This document shows positions 8,962-18,384 of a stretch of DNA of 64,000 nucleotides, piece by piece. The stretch's first letter is position 1, and each line of letters opens with the position of its first letter. Below the pieces are notes generated by a model. That model did not search any database. It was not told where the DNA came from and worked only from the letters and a program-made list of their open reading frames with translations. The DNA is from an uncultured delta proteobacterium. GTDB taxonomy: Bacteria > Bdellovibrionota > FAC87 > UBA2466. Where the stretch lies: contig CAVZSV010000004.1 in the NCBI GenBank assembly GCA_963778115.1, forward strand, positions 1,248,001-1,312,000, written 5' to 3'. A program made the position numbers and the translations under genes.

Positions 8962-9537
8962 TTACGGGAAATACGCCGTCCGATGAATCAACTTTTCCTT
9001 CAGATAATTTTCTTCAAGCGTATAACTTCTCCCGAACCTATCCAACTCACTAATCTCAAAGTTCTTAGGCAAATTAAACGCCACCTCACGAGCCACCGCA
9101 AACGCCTTCTCCAAAACGAACTTGCCTCCAGGTGAAAAGTTAGAGAGCCAGAACTTTTCCAATTTAGAGTAATCAGGCCCTCCCCAAGGAGGATCCAGGA
9201 AAACCGCATCGGCGGGCCTCTCTCCCATCCGCAAGAAATCTTGATTTCGAAATTCGATTTGCCCTTCGACTCCGAACAACTCCGCATTATATCTCGCCAT
9301 GGCTAAACGCCGGAGATTCAGATCCACTGCAATCACCTTTTTTCCCGCTCTAGCTAAAGCGATAGCTATTCCCCCAACTCCACAAAAGGCGTCGATCACA
9401 AGCTTGCCCGAAATGCGCTTCGCGATGGTCTCTCCTACCTCTTGAGGCGTCAGTGAATACAACCCTTCGTCATCAAATTGCATTTTTTGTTCGAGAGGTG
9501 ATAGCCGATCTAGGTATTTTTGGAGAGTGCTATTCAT
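8962..9537 (-). CDS. TGS1-like (trimethylguanosine synthase, RNA cap guanine-N2) SAM-dependent methyltransferase
   Basis: Collinear TGS1 motifs: 'FDDEGLYSLTP', 'IDAFCGVGG', 'VIAVD', 'ARYNAELFGV..IEF', 'ADAVFLDPPWGGPDY', 'LPKN', 'EENYL..KL..TAYF'. Confidence 0.85.
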   Translation of the reverse strand: MNSTLQKYLDRLSPLEQKMQFDDEGLYSLTPQEVGETIAKRISGKLVIDAFCGVGGIAIALARAGKKVIAVDLNLRRLAMARYNAELFGVEGQIEFRNQDFLRMGERPADAVFLDPPWGGPDYSKLEKFWLSNFSPGGKFVLEKAFAVAREVAFNLPKNFEISELDRFGRSYTLEENYLKEKLIHRTAYFP

Positions 9538-9650
9538 TGGCCGGGGACCCTACCATAGATTTTGCCTCATCTCCATTCATTAACTAAAAGTCAATAGATA
9601 GCCACTATTATTCACTAGTGGTAATTTACCGATTATGGCAATGTCTAGTC

Positions 9651-9704
9651 ATGAGCAGCACCCGACTTCATAAAGGCTGGCGACACTTAGTAAATTGGCG
9701 ATAA
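9651..9704 (+). CDS. trpL: Putative trp operon leader peptide MSSTRLHKGWRHLVNWR
   Basis: Manual translation. 17 codons with two TGG codons, each followed by CGA, ending 123 nt before trpE. 'KGWR' recalls enterobacterial TrpL 'KGWWR'. Confidence 0.7.
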   Translation: MSSTRLHKGWRHLVNWR

Positions 9705-9725
9705 GGCCAGTAAAGTAATTGTTAT

Positions 9726-9792
9726 TGGGTGCAGGCTCAGTAGCCCTGAAGTTCCCACAGGCGTCCCTTCCCCCACTGAGAACTCTGCCCCA
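9726..9792 (+). promoter_or_regulatory. Leader stem-loop with C-rich tract (possible attenuator; no U-tract)
   Basis: TGGGTGCAG pairs with CTGCCCCA and CTCAGT pairs with ACTGAG; the enclosed region includes GCGTCCCTTCCCCC. Confidence 0.4.
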
Positions 9793-9827
9793 CCATCGAA
9801 TTAAGAATGAAGTAAAGAGAGTGAATC

Positions 9828-11315
9828 ATGGCAGGTCTCAGACATATGCAGGAAGAAGTAAATCCCCCTAGGATTTCGCGAAATCTTATCCATTTAGAAA
9901 AGCCTCTTTTGAAGGAACTTGAGGATGTTTTGGCTCCCGCAGAGGCTTGCCAGAGACTTCACTTGGAAAAGGAGTCCTGCTTTCTTTTCGAGCGTGCTAG
10001 CGGGAACGGTAGTAACACTTCTTACTTAATGTTTTCGCCGATCGTAACTTTTCGGATTCGTCCGGAAGGACTCTTAGTCGAACGCGATGGCTTTTGCGAA
10101 ACCGTCTTAGGAAATCCTGTCCGAGAGTTGCAGCGGATTCTTGAAAAGAGTCTAGTGGATGCCGGAAAAGAGGTTCCGCTTTTCTCGTGTGGAGTCGTCG
10201 GATATTTGGGGTACGACTGTATTCGCTATCTTGAGAATATTTCGCTTCCCGAGATAGCTTCTGGTGAGGACGAAGCTTGTCTGGTTCTCTTCAGACATAT
10301 CCTAGTAGCTAACCACGAGACAAAGAAAACCCTGTTAGTCAGCCACAGGCTTCCCACGGATGACCGCACTGAAATTGCAAAAGCTCAGTTTGAGATTACC
10401 AAGCAATTATCCACGAGTTGTCCTAACGAAATTGAGGAAGCGTTTTATTCTCGCCCAGAGCTTTCGGAAACCGTAACGCTCAGCCCTTTGGAAACCCAAA
10501 GTGATTTCACTGCTTCAGTCTCTAAAATACGAGAACACATTAGTGTAGGAGATATCTTCCAATGCGTCATCTCCAAGCGCTTTATGGGTAAAGGAAGGCC
10601 CTCGTCGCTAAATGTTTACGAGAAGCTGCGAAAGACCAACGCCTCTCCTTATCACTTTCACTTCTCTGGCGGCGGTCAAACTTTGGTAGGTGCTTCTCCC
10701 GAAATGTTAGTCAAAGTGAGTGGAAAAACGATCTCTACCTGTCCCATCGCGGGAACTCGCCCCAGAGGAGCTGATGCCGAGAGTGACAAACGACGAGAAA
10801 GGCAACTATTAGAAAGTACCAAAGAGACTTCCGAGCATGTAATGCTTGTCGATCTTAGTAGAAACGATATCGGCAAGGTATCTCGCCCTGGAACGGTTCG
10901 GGTGACTGAATTCATGAAAGTGCACCGCTTTTCTCATGTGATGCACTTAGTCTCCGTGGTGGAAGGAGATCTCTGCGAAACGTATTCGCCCTTGGATGCT
11001 CTTTTCTCCTGCTTCCCCGCGGGCACGTTAACCGGAACTCCTAAGATTCGGGCCATGCAAATCATCTCTCAATTGGAAAAAAAGAGAAGAGGTGCTTACG
11101 GCGGCGCTGTCGTGCTTTACGACTTTCGGGGTGAACTTGATAGCTGCATCAATATCCGCAGCATGCTAAGCCACGGAGAAGAATGCTACGTGCAGGCCGG
11201 AGCCGGCATCGTCTTCGACTCTCGTCCAGCGCGAGAAGAAGAAGAGATCGAAAATAAATCAATGGCAACACGACGGGCGATTGAAGGGAGCGTAGATGCT
11301 ACTTCTCATCGATAA
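9828..11315 (+). CDS. trpE: Anthranilate synthase component I
   Basis: 'GVVGYLGYD', 'GDIFQCVIS', 'GASPEML', 'PIAGTRPRG', '[12 protein letters not shown]', 'PKIRAMQII', 'QAGAGIV'; first gene of the trp operon. Confidence 0.95.
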   Translation: MAGLRHMQEEVNPPRISRNLIHLEKPLLKELEDVLAPAEACQRLHLEKESCFLFERASGNGSNTSYLMFSPIVTFRIRPEGLLVERDGFCETVLGNPVRELQRILEKSLVDAGKEVPLFSCGVVGYLGYDCIRYLENISLPEIASGEDEACLVLFRHILVANHETKKTLLVSHRLPTDDRTEIAKAQFEITKQLSTSCPNEIEEAFYSRPELSETVTLSPLETQSDFTASVSKIREHISVGDIFQCVISKRFMGKGRPSSLNVYEKLRKTNASPYHFHFSGGGQTLVGASPEMLVKVSGKTISTCPIAGTRPRGADAESDKRRERQLLESTKETSEHVMLVDLSRNDIGKVSRPGTVRVTEFMKVHRFSHVMHLVSVVEGDLCETYSPLDALFSCFPAGTLTGTPKIRAMQIISQLEKKRRGAYGGAVVLYDFRGELDSCINIRSMLSHGEECYVQAGAGIVFDSRPAREEEEIENKSMATRRAIEGSVDATSHR

Positions 11316-11865
11316 TTACGATTCGTTCACTTACAACCTCTATCAATATTTCGAAGAGCTGGGTGCTCCTACCAAAGTCATTCGAAACGACGACATGTCA
11401 GTAGCCCAGATTCGAGCTCTTAACCCCCAAGGGATTGTTCTCTCTCCCGGTCCTGGAAACCCCGACGAAGCGGGCGTTACCCTTTCCGTGATTCAAGAAT
11501 TGGGTCATCAGATCCCCATCCTTGGTATCTGTCTGGGACACCAAGCCATTGGGCAAGTCTTTGGCGGAAAAGTCACTCGTGCCGATAGGCTAGTGCACGG
11601 AAAAACCTCGTCGATTGTTCACAACGGAAACGGGCTTTTTCGCGGTCTTCGAAGCCCATTCAAAGCCACTCGCTACCATTCGCTAGTGGTAAATCCCAGT
11701 TCGATGCCCGAATGCCTGGAAGTGACCGCTCAAACCGAAGATGGCGTAATTATGGGCCTTCGCCACAAAGTCTATAACGTTCAAGGGGTTCAATTCCATC
11801 CTGAATCGATCTTAACCGAAGGGGGAAAAACGCTGCTTTCTAATTTTATGGGAACAATAGCGTGA
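11296..11865 (+). CDS. trpG: Anthranilate synthase component II (glutamine amidotransferase)
   Basis: '[11 protein letters not shown]', 'SPGPG', 'LGICLGHQ', 'RYHSL', 'QFHPES'. Confidence 0.97.
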   Translation: MLLLIDNYDSFTYNLYQYFEELGAPTKVIRNDDMSVAQIRALNPQGIVLSPGPGNPDEAGVTLSVIQELGHQIPILGICLGHQAIGQVFGGKVTRADRLVHGKTSSIVHNGNGLFRGLRSPFKATRYHSLVVNPSSMPECLEVTAQTEDGVIMGLRHKVYNVQGVQFHPESILTEGGKTLLSNFMGTIA

Positions 11866-12869
11866 AGAGTTATTTAACATCTCTTTTTGAGGGAAAAACG
11901 CTATCCCAGAGCGATGCAGAGGCCGTTTTGGGGCTCGTACTCGACGGCTCCGCAACTTCCGAACAAATAGCCGCCGTGCTAACCGCGATTCAGGTTCGGG
12001 GCGAGACCAAAGCCGAGATTCTAGGATTTCTCTCCGCCATTGATAGCAGGGCCACTCGGGTCAGCCTTACGGGAAAAGCTTTCGATACCTGCGGGACCGG
12101 AGGCGATGGAAGCCTTACCTTTAACATCTCAACTGCAACGGCACTGCTACTGGCTTCAACGGGCGTTAACGTCGCAAAGCATGGAAACCGATCGGTCTCA
12201 AGCCTCTCAGGAAGTGCGGATGTCCTAGAAGCCCTTGGCATTCCGACCGATCTGACCGCTAGCGAAGCCGCCATAGCCGTCGAGAATAAGGGATTTGGAT
12301 TTTTATTCGCCCCGAGATTTCATCCCACCTTTGCCGCTGTGAGTTCAGTGAGACGAGCTCTAGGAGTGAGAACGATCTTTAATCTTCTGGGGCCGCTAGC
12401 CAATCCAGCCCCTATCCACCGACGAATCATTGGACTCTTCGATGTGAATCGATTGCCGCTCATCGCTCAGGTGCTGCAGGAACGAGGCGAAGATGAGGCT
12501 ATGGTAGTGGCATCAGATGACGGGATGGACGAAATTAGTTTGAGTAGCCCCACCCAAGTAGCTCATTTAAAAAAAGGCGAGATCCTTCGCTACGAAATCA
12601 GCCCGCAGGATTTTGGGATCGAATCGGCTAACGTAGCGTCGCTTCGGGGGGGAGATCCTTCCCACAACGCTAAAATCATCGAACGAGTTCTTTGCGGAGA
12701 ACTAGAAGGCCCTTGCTTGGACGTCGTGCTCATGAATACGGCGGCAGCCTTGACAGTGGCAGGACGCGCTTCGGATTTCCGCGAAGGAATGTTGATTGGT
12801 CGGCAAGCAATTCGTTCGGGCGATGCTAGACAAGTTTTGGGTATTCTTCGTCAGAAGGTAAGCGCATGA
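11862..12869 (+). CDS. trpD: Anthranilate phosphoribosyltransferase
   Basis: 'DTCGTGGDG', 'FNIST', '[13 protein letters not shown]', '[10 protein letters not shown]', 'GMDE'. Confidence 0.97.
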   Translation: MKSYLTSLFEGKTLSQSDAEAVLGLVLDGSATSEQIAAVLTAIQVRGETKAEILGFLSAIDSRATRVSLTGKAFDTCGTGGDGSLTFNISTATALLLASTGVNVAKHGNRSVSSLSGSADVLEALGIPTDLTASEAAIAVENKGFGFLFAPRFHPTFAAVSSVRRALGVRTIFNLLGPLANPAPIHRRIIGLFDVNRLPLIAQVLQERGEDEAMVVASDDGMDEISLSSPTQVAHLKKGEILRYEISPQDFGIESANVASLRGGDPSHNAKIIERVLCGELEGPCLDVVLMNTAAALTVAGRASDFREGMLIGRQAIRSGDARQVLGILRQKVSA

Positions 12870-13666
12870 CAACGACAAATTCCAATAAACTTACCGAAAT
12901 CGCTGATTTCACGAGAGGCCGAATTGCCCGCGCGCGAAGCCAACTACCGTTGGAGCTACTGTGGGACCAAGTTTCGCTAAGCCCCAATCCCCATTCCGTC
13001 TTAGGCGCTTTTCGTACGAAAGGGGTTCATATCATTGCGGAGATCAAGCGCCAAAGCCCCTCGCGAGGCAAGATCGCTGTAGCCGCGGAGCCATTAGACA
13101 TAGCAAGCGAATACTTGAAGGCCGGGGCCACGGCCCTTTCTGTCCTTACGGAACCAGAATATTTTGGGGGGGATATCACATTTCTAAGTCGCATTCGTAC
13201 GGTTTTTCCTAATAGCCTTCTACTTATGAAGGATTTTATTATCGACGAGTACCAGCTTATACAAGCAAGGCTAGCGGGTGCTGACATGGTGCTGCTCATG
13301 GTAAATCTCTTGGGATCGAGCCAGCTTTACTCTTTTTACGAAAAAGCCCGTGAGCTTGGCCTTACTCCCCTTGTGGAGGTCCACGACGAAACCGAATTAA
13401 CCATCGCCCGCGATCTGGGCGCCGAACTCATAGGAATTAATAACCGGGATTTAAAAACGCTAGAAGTCTCTTTGCAGACCTCGGAACTTTTAGCCAAGCA
13501 CCTTCCAACAAACGCCATCGCCATAAGTGAAAGCGGGATCAAAGAAGGTTTCCAAGTGAAAGAGCTACGAAGTCTCGGCTATCAGGGATTTCTCGTCGGA
13601 ACCAGCCTTATGGAGCAACCCTCTCCCGGAGAAGCCCTCCGAACTCTATTACGGACGAGCCAATGA
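12866..13666 (+). CDS. trpC: Indole-3-glycerol phosphate synthase
   Basis: 'IIAEIKRQSPSRG', 'LSVLTEPEYFGG', 'KDFIID', 'LVEVH', 'GINNRDL', 'ISESGI'. Confidence 0.97.
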   Translation: MTTTNSNKLTEIADFTRGRIARARSQLPLELLWDQVSLSPNPHSVLGAFRTKGVHIIAEIKRQSPSRGKIAVAAEPLDIASEYLKAGATALSVLTEPEYFGGDITFLSRIRTVFPNSLLLMKDFIIDEYQLIQARLAGADMVLLMVNLLGSSQLYSFYEKARELGLTPLVEVHDETELTIARDLGAELIGINNRDLKTLEVSLQTSELLAKHLPTNAIAISESGIKEGFQVKELRSLGYQGFLVGTSLMEQPSPGEALRTLLRTSQ

Positions 13667-14280
13667 AGGTTAAGATTTGCGGAATCACGAGGCTAGAAGA
13701 TGCACAGCTCGCCGTGGAGCTAGGAGCCTTTGCTGTTGGGTTCATTTTTTATGAGAAGAGTCCTAGAGCCGTTTCGGCGACCCAAGCTAGAGCCATTATC
13801 AACCAGCTACCCCATGAAATCCTTAAAGTGGGAGTCTTTGTAAACGAGACGGTAGAGAAGATGCTTCAGATTCAAAACGAGTCTGGAATTACTACGTTTC
13901 AACTGCATGGAGAAGAAAACTCTCAAACGGCTTCACGCCTTGCTTCATTCATTAAAGCGATTAGGCCTAAAACTGGTGAAGACGTTGCTACGCTTTCCCA
14001 GTTTCCCAGTGCTTGTTATTTTCTGGTGGATTCCTATAGCGCAGAGCAATACGGGGGGACGGGTAAGAGAGCCCAAGAGAGTTTGGCAATCGCAGCAAAA
14101 GCGTTTGGTCCCGTCATTTTAGCTGGCGGACTCACTTCGGAAAATGTTATCGAAGCGATTCAAAAGATTGAGCCCGTAGGGGTTGATGTTTCCAGTGGAG
14201 TCGAAAAAGAACCCGGAATCAAAGATCCGATTAAACTACGAAACTTTTTCAAAGCCGTCGCTTTAAGTAGGGAGTTTTAG
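13663..14280 (+). CDS. trpF: Phosphoribosylanthranilate isomerase
   Basis: 'VKICGIT', 'VGVFVN', 'QLHGEE', 'YGGTG', 'ILAGGL', '[14 protein letters not shown]'. Confidence 0.97.
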   Translation: MKVKICGITRLEDAQLAVELGAFAVGFIFYEKSPRAVSATQARAIINQLPHEILKVGVFVNETVEKMLQIQNESGITTFQLHGEENSQTASRLASFIKAIRPKTGEDVATLSQFPSACYFLVDSYSAEQYGGTGKRAQESLAIAAKAFGPVILAGGLTSENVIEAIQKIEPVGVDVSSGVEKEPGIKDPIKLRNFFKAVALSREF

Positions 14281-14281
14281 G

Positions 14282-15487
14282 ATGCGACTGGGAAATCAAT
14301 ATCCAGATGCTTCAGGACACTTTGGCGAATATGGCGGCAGCTTTGTCGCCGATACGCTGGTCGAGCCTTTACGCGAAGTGACCCAAGCCTATCTCTCCTT
14401 GCGAAACGATTTTACCTTTCAGAAGGAGCTCAAAGGTTATCTACAAAATTACGTGGGGCGCGAAACTCCCCTGACCTTTGCCGAAAGGCTTACCCAGTCC
14501 CTAAAGGGGGCCAAGATCTATTTGAAGCGAGAAGATCTCGCTCACACCGGAGCTCACAAGATCAACAACGCTTTAGGACAGGTTCTAGTGGCTAAGCACA
14601 TGGGCAAGAAAAGAATCATCGCCGAAACAGGAGCCGGCCAGCACGGAGTGGCAACTGCCACAGTCTCAGCTCTCATGGGGCTAACGTGCACTATCTACAT
14701 GGGAGCGGAAGACAGAAAACGCCAAGCTCTCAATGTGACTAGAATGAAAATGCTGGGAGCTGAAGTAGTAACCGTAAACGCCGGGAGCCAAACTTTAAAA
14801 GACGCAATCAGCGAAGCGATGCGGGATTGGGTGACTCACGTAGAGGATAGTTATTACCTTTTGGGCTCAGCCCTTGGCCCTCATCCCTACCCTATGATGG
14901 TAAGAGATTTTCAATCGGTCATTGGGATTGAAGCTCGCCAACAGATCTTAGAACGGGAAGAAAAACTTCCCAACGAGCTTGTGGCCTGTGTCGGGGGGGG
15001 AAGCAATGCGATAGGACTGTTCTATGCTTTTCTCGACGATAGTTCAGTGCAAATGACGGGGGTAGAAGCCGCGGGCCACGGGATTCAATCTGGCCGGCAT
15101 GCGGCACGCTTTGCCGGAGGCTCCAAAGGAGTGCTTCACGGAACGATGACCTTTCTACTGCAAGACGAAAACGGACAAATTCAAAATACCCACAGTATCT
15201 CGGCGGGATTAGACTATGCGGCCGTGGGTCCCGAGCACTCTTTGCTTCGTGACTTAAATCGCGCGACCTATACTTCGGTTACCGATGAACAGGCTCTCAA
15301 CGCTTTCCACGTACTCGCCAAAACGGAAGGTATCTTACCTGCGTTAGAAAGTTCCCATGCCATCGCTTATGTATTGAAACGTGCCCCAGAAATGAGTCCC
15401 AGCGATATTCTCTTGGTAAACCTCTCCGGTCGCGGAGATAAGGATGTGGATCAGATAGCAGCGGTCACTAATGGAGAGCCCTTATGA
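14282..15487 (+). CDS. trpB: Tryptophan synthase beta chain
   Basis: '[16 protein letters not shown]', 'AETGAGQHG', 'GGGSNAIG', 'SISAGLDY', 'NLSGRGDKD'. Confidence 0.98.
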   Translation: MRLGNQYPDASGHFGEYGGSFVADTLVEPLREVTQAYLSLRNDFTFQKELKGYLQNYVGRETPLTFAERLTQSLKGAKIYLKREDLAHTGAHKINNALGQVLVAKHMGKKRIIAETGAGQHGVATATVSALMGLTCTIYMGAEDRKRQALNVTRMKMLGAEVVTVNAGSQTLKDAISEAMRDWVTHVEDSYYLLGSALGPHPYPMMVRDFQSVIGIEARQQILEREEKLPNELVACVGGGSNAIGLFYAFLDDSSVQMTGVEAAGHGIQSGRHAARFAGGSKGVLHGTMTFLLQDENGQIQNTHSISAGLDYAAVGPEHSLLRDLNRATYTSVTDEQALNAFHVLAKTEGILPALESSHAIAYVLKRAPEMSPSDILLVNLSGRGDKDVDQIAAVTNGEPL

Positions 15488-16305
15488 TCCTCTCTCGGAC
15501 TTTCCAAAACCTTAAAGAGCAAGGGGAGAAAGCATTCGTCGCCTATCTCACCGCAGGGGATCCCACGACGAAGGCGACATTTCGCTACGTGCGAACTTTG
15601 AGTCGAGCAGGGGCTACCGTTATCGAGTTGGGAGTTCCTCACAGCGATCCCGTGGCCGATGGTCCAACCAATGCGATGGCAGCAGAACGCGCGTTGAAGA
15701 ACAATACTTCTTTGAGCGATGTTTTAAACTTGGTGCGCGATCTCCGAGAAGAAGGCGAAAAGGTCCCTCTTGTTTTGTTTACCTACCTAAATCCCATCTT
15801 ACGAATGGGAATAGCAGCCTTTGCAAAAAGGGCCCAAGAGTGCGGAGTTAGTGGAGTCTTGGTGGTCGATCTCCCCCCGGAAGAGGCGACAAGCTACATC
15901 GCGGAGTTAAAGGCAAAATCAGTCGAGACCGTTTTTCTTTGCTCACCTACGACCACCCGGGAACGCTTATCAAAAATAGCGGAAAGCTCTTCAGGGTTTG
16001 TCTATTATGTTTCTCGTACGGGTGTTACCGGAGTGCAAAGCCAACTGTCGCTCAGTCTTCAGAATAAAGTAAACGAGCTTAAACGTTTTATCGAAAAACC
16101 CATCTGTGTCGGCTTCGGTGTCTCCACCGCCCAGCATGTTAGCGAAGTATTGCAAGTAGCGGACGGGGTAGTGGTAGGCAGTTGTTTCGTGGATATTATC
16201 GCTAGCTCCACGTCTATCGATGAGACAGACCTTTTATTAGAAAAGAAAATGAAAGAACTAAGGCAAGGAATACCAGAAATAAATAAAGGTAAGACGCAAT
16301 GCTAA
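15484..16305 (+). CDS. trpA: Tryptophan synthase alpha chain
   Basis: 'YLTAGDP', '[14 protein letters not shown]', 'VDLPPEE', '[10 protein letters not shown]', 'VGFGVS', 'DGVVVGS'. Confidence 0.97.
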   Translation: MILSRTFQNLKEQGEKAFVAYLTAGDPTTKATFRYVRTLSRAGATVIELGVPHSDPVADGPTNAMAAERALKNNTSLSDVLNLVRDLREEGEKVPLVLFTYLNPILRMGIAAFAKRAQECGVSGVLVVDLPPEEATSYIAELKAKSVETVFLCSPTTTRERLSKIAESSSGFVYYVSRTGVTGVQSQLSLSLQNKVNELKRFIEKPICVGFGVSTAQHVSEVLQVADGVVVGSCFVDIIASSTSIDETDLLLEKKMKELRQGIPEINKGKTQC

Positions 16306-17309
16306 TCTTAATGGTGAACGAGCCCAACCAAACCCAAATCGAATCGGTGATGGCAAAAGTAAGAGAGATGGGATTAAAACCTCACTTGATCCCTGGAGGT
16401 CACTCTACGGCGATAGGAATTACCGGCAACCAGAGTGCTTTAGATCCAACCCTTTTTACCTCGTTAGACGGAGTCAGAGAGGCCATTCCAGTTACGAAGC
16501 CCTATAAACTTGCTAGCCACGACTTTAAATATTCGAAAACCGAGGTCAGAGTCGGAGACGTAGTCTTTGGACCCAATACCTTTGTGGTCATTGCGGGCCC
16601 GTGTGCGGTTGAGAGCGAAGAGCAGACAATACGAATTGCTAAGGCCGTTAAGAAAGCGGGAGCCAATATTTTGCGAGGTGGAGCCTTCAAGCCGCGCACT
16701 TCGCCTTATGCGTTCCAAGGGCTTGGGCTTGAAGGGCTAAAGATTTTAAAGACAGCTCGCGAGGAGACGGGACTTCCTGTTGTCACCGAAGCGGTTGATT
16801 TGCAAAGCTTGGAACTGGTCAATGAATACGCTGATATTATTCAATTAGGAGCTCGCAACATGCAAAACTTCTCCCTGCTACAGGCGGCGGGAAGACTTAA
16901 AAAACCCGTCATGCTCAAACGAGGCCTTTCGGCAACGGTGGACGAGTGGTTAATGGCGGCCGAATATATTCTTAATGAAGGAAACGATCAGGTGATCCTC
17001 TGCGAGCGAGGAATCCGCTCTTTTGATAACTTCACACGTAACACGGTCGATATCGGTGCTGTGATTGGACTCAAACTACAAAGCCATCTTCCCATTATCG
17101 TCGATCCGAGCCACGGAACCGGACGCAGGCAGATGGTCATCCCCATGGGGAAAGCAGCCCTTGCGATCGGCGCCAACGGAGTCATGGTGGATGTTCACGA
17201 TAGGCCCAAAGAAGCCCTCTGTGACGGGCCTCAGGCCATTCTTCCGAATGAGTTTGAACAGATGGTAGCGACTTTTAAGCAAATGGCGCCAGCGCTCTCT
17301 GCGGTTTAA
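16299..17309 (+). CDS. aroF: DAHP synthase, class I-beta with N-terminal regulatory (ferredoxin/ACT-like) domain
   Basis: 'IAGPCAVES', 'RGGAFKPRTSPYAFQG', 'GARNMQNF', 'LCERGIR', 'VDPSHGTG'. Confidence 0.95.
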   Translation: MLILMVNEPNQTQIESVMAKVREMGLKPHLIPGGHSTAIGITGNQSALDPTLFTSLDGVREAIPVTKPYKLASHDFKYSKTEVRVGDVVFGPNTFVVIAGPCAVESEEQTIRIAKAVKKAGANILRGGAFKPRTSPYAFQGLGLEGLKILKTAREETGLPVVTEAVDLQSLELVNEYADIIQLGARNMQNFSLLQAAGRLKKPVMLKRGLSATVDEWLMAAEYILNEGNDQVILCERGIRSFDNFTRNTVDIGAVIGLKLQSHLPIIVDPSHGTGRRQMVIPMGKAALAIGANGVMVDVHDRPKEALCDGPQAILPNEFEQMVATFKQMAPALSAV

Positions 17310-17332
17310 CGGGTAATAATATTTATTTGTTT

Positions 17333-17397
17333 GTCATTGCGACTATGGGAAAGGGAGTCAAGTGGTAGACGAGTCCCTTTCCCATAGTCGCAATGAC
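17333..17397. repeat. Perfect 24-bp inverted repeat with GTCATTGCGA...TCGCAATGAC ends (REP-like / terminator between convergent genes)
   Basis: GTCATTGCGACTATGGGAAAGGGA (17333-17356) is the exact reverse complement of 17374-17397; 17-nt loop. Confidence 0.8.
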
Positions 17398-17443
17398 CTT
17401 GGTGACGGACTACAAACTTACCTGTCATGGCGAGGAGCAGGCC

Positions 17444-18190
17444 CTATTCCTTTTCAGCTTCATTCGCTTTGTCGAGATAGACCGAGGCGAGAAAGGTATA
17501 GACCTGTTTGCGGACTGCGTTTCCTGTCCCTTTATTTTCCAATTCAACAGAATGACGATCAGCGATCCGCTCTAGAATCTTCAACGTATCAGCCCCATGA
17601 ATTTCCTTATAATCCGCGATGAGAAGGTCAACTGCTTTTGGTCCCATGGCAACAAGCACCTGATGGGCGAACGCTTGACTCGCCGCTACAGCCTCTAACT
17701 GCGCTGCAGCGTCCTGTTTTTCTTCAGCCTGGGAAACCCCACCACCGACCATAGCTCCATATTCCTTTCCGTATAAGAATCGGTATCCAGATCCGTATCC
17801 GTAAAAGCCAATCCCATTGTATCTATATCCGCCGAACGCACAGCCATAGACCGACGATAAATTAAGGGAATTTACAAATTCATAACCTTTGGCGACACGC
17901 TTACTGGCAAATATTCCGATCCGGTTGACACGCGATAGCCAAAGAACAGCCTCTTTCAATTCATCGCCTTCGGATTTAGCCAATTCATTCATGGCTGCCA
18001 GCCGAATTTTCTCTTCTTTAGAAATCAGTTTCAAAAACAATCCATTCAACCGGGCACTCGGCTGAAATGTGTCTTCCGCTGGTTGTTCAGTTTTAGAGGT
18101 TGGTTCTGCGGTCTCAGGCTTCTCTGCAGCCACCACAAACGAAGAACCAAAAAATGCTACCACAGCCATAAGCGATAATAGAAATCGCAT
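17444..18190 (-). CDS. Hypothetical secreted helical protein with Gly/Tyr-rich insert
   Basis: Signal peptide and GGAGG RBS before ATG 18190; internal 'YGCAFGGYRYNGIGFYGYGSGYRFLYG'. Confidence 0.65.
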   Translation of the reverse strand: MRFLLSLMAVVAFFGSSFVVAAEKPETAEPTSKTEQPAEDTFQPSARLNGLFLKLISKEEKIRLAAMNELAKSEGDELKEAVLWLSRVNRIGIFASKRVAKGYEFVNSLNLSSVYGCAFGGYRYNGIGFYGYGSGYRFLYGKEYGAMVGGGVSQAEEKQDAAAQLEAVAASQAFAHQVLVAMGPKAVDLLIADYKEIHGADTLKILERIADRHSVELENKGTGNAVRKQVYTFLASVYLDKANEAEKE

Positions 18191-18317
18191 ACACAACCTC
18201 CACGAGAAAATGATGCTGCTTTTAGCACGAAAGAAGGGAAGGAAACAAGATGCAAAAATTGTGACCTAATTGACTGGAATACTTACGGATACCGATGCGC
18301 CGAGATTGCGGAGCCTG

Positions 18318-18350
18318 TTGCGAGGAGCCCGAAGGGCGACGTGGCAACCT
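18318..18350 (+). repeat. REP-like element TTGCGAGGAGCCCGAAGGGCGACGTGGCAACCT
   Basis: Contains a GCCC-GAA-GGGC hairpin and TTGC...GCAA arms; same family as the 8912 copy. Confidence 0.55.
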
Positions 18351-18384
18351 GTAGATCGTGGCAGGTAAAGCTTGAGTCTCTAAC

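Noticed and set aside
9602..9621. TrpR-like operator (CCACTA...TAGTGG, CACTAGTG)
   Set aside because: Only one CTAG half-site, short arms, and no trpR in the window.
9635..9673. Alternative uORF MAMSSHEQHPTS upstream of trpE
   Set aside because: It has no Trp codons; the overlapping 9651 uORF explains the leader better.
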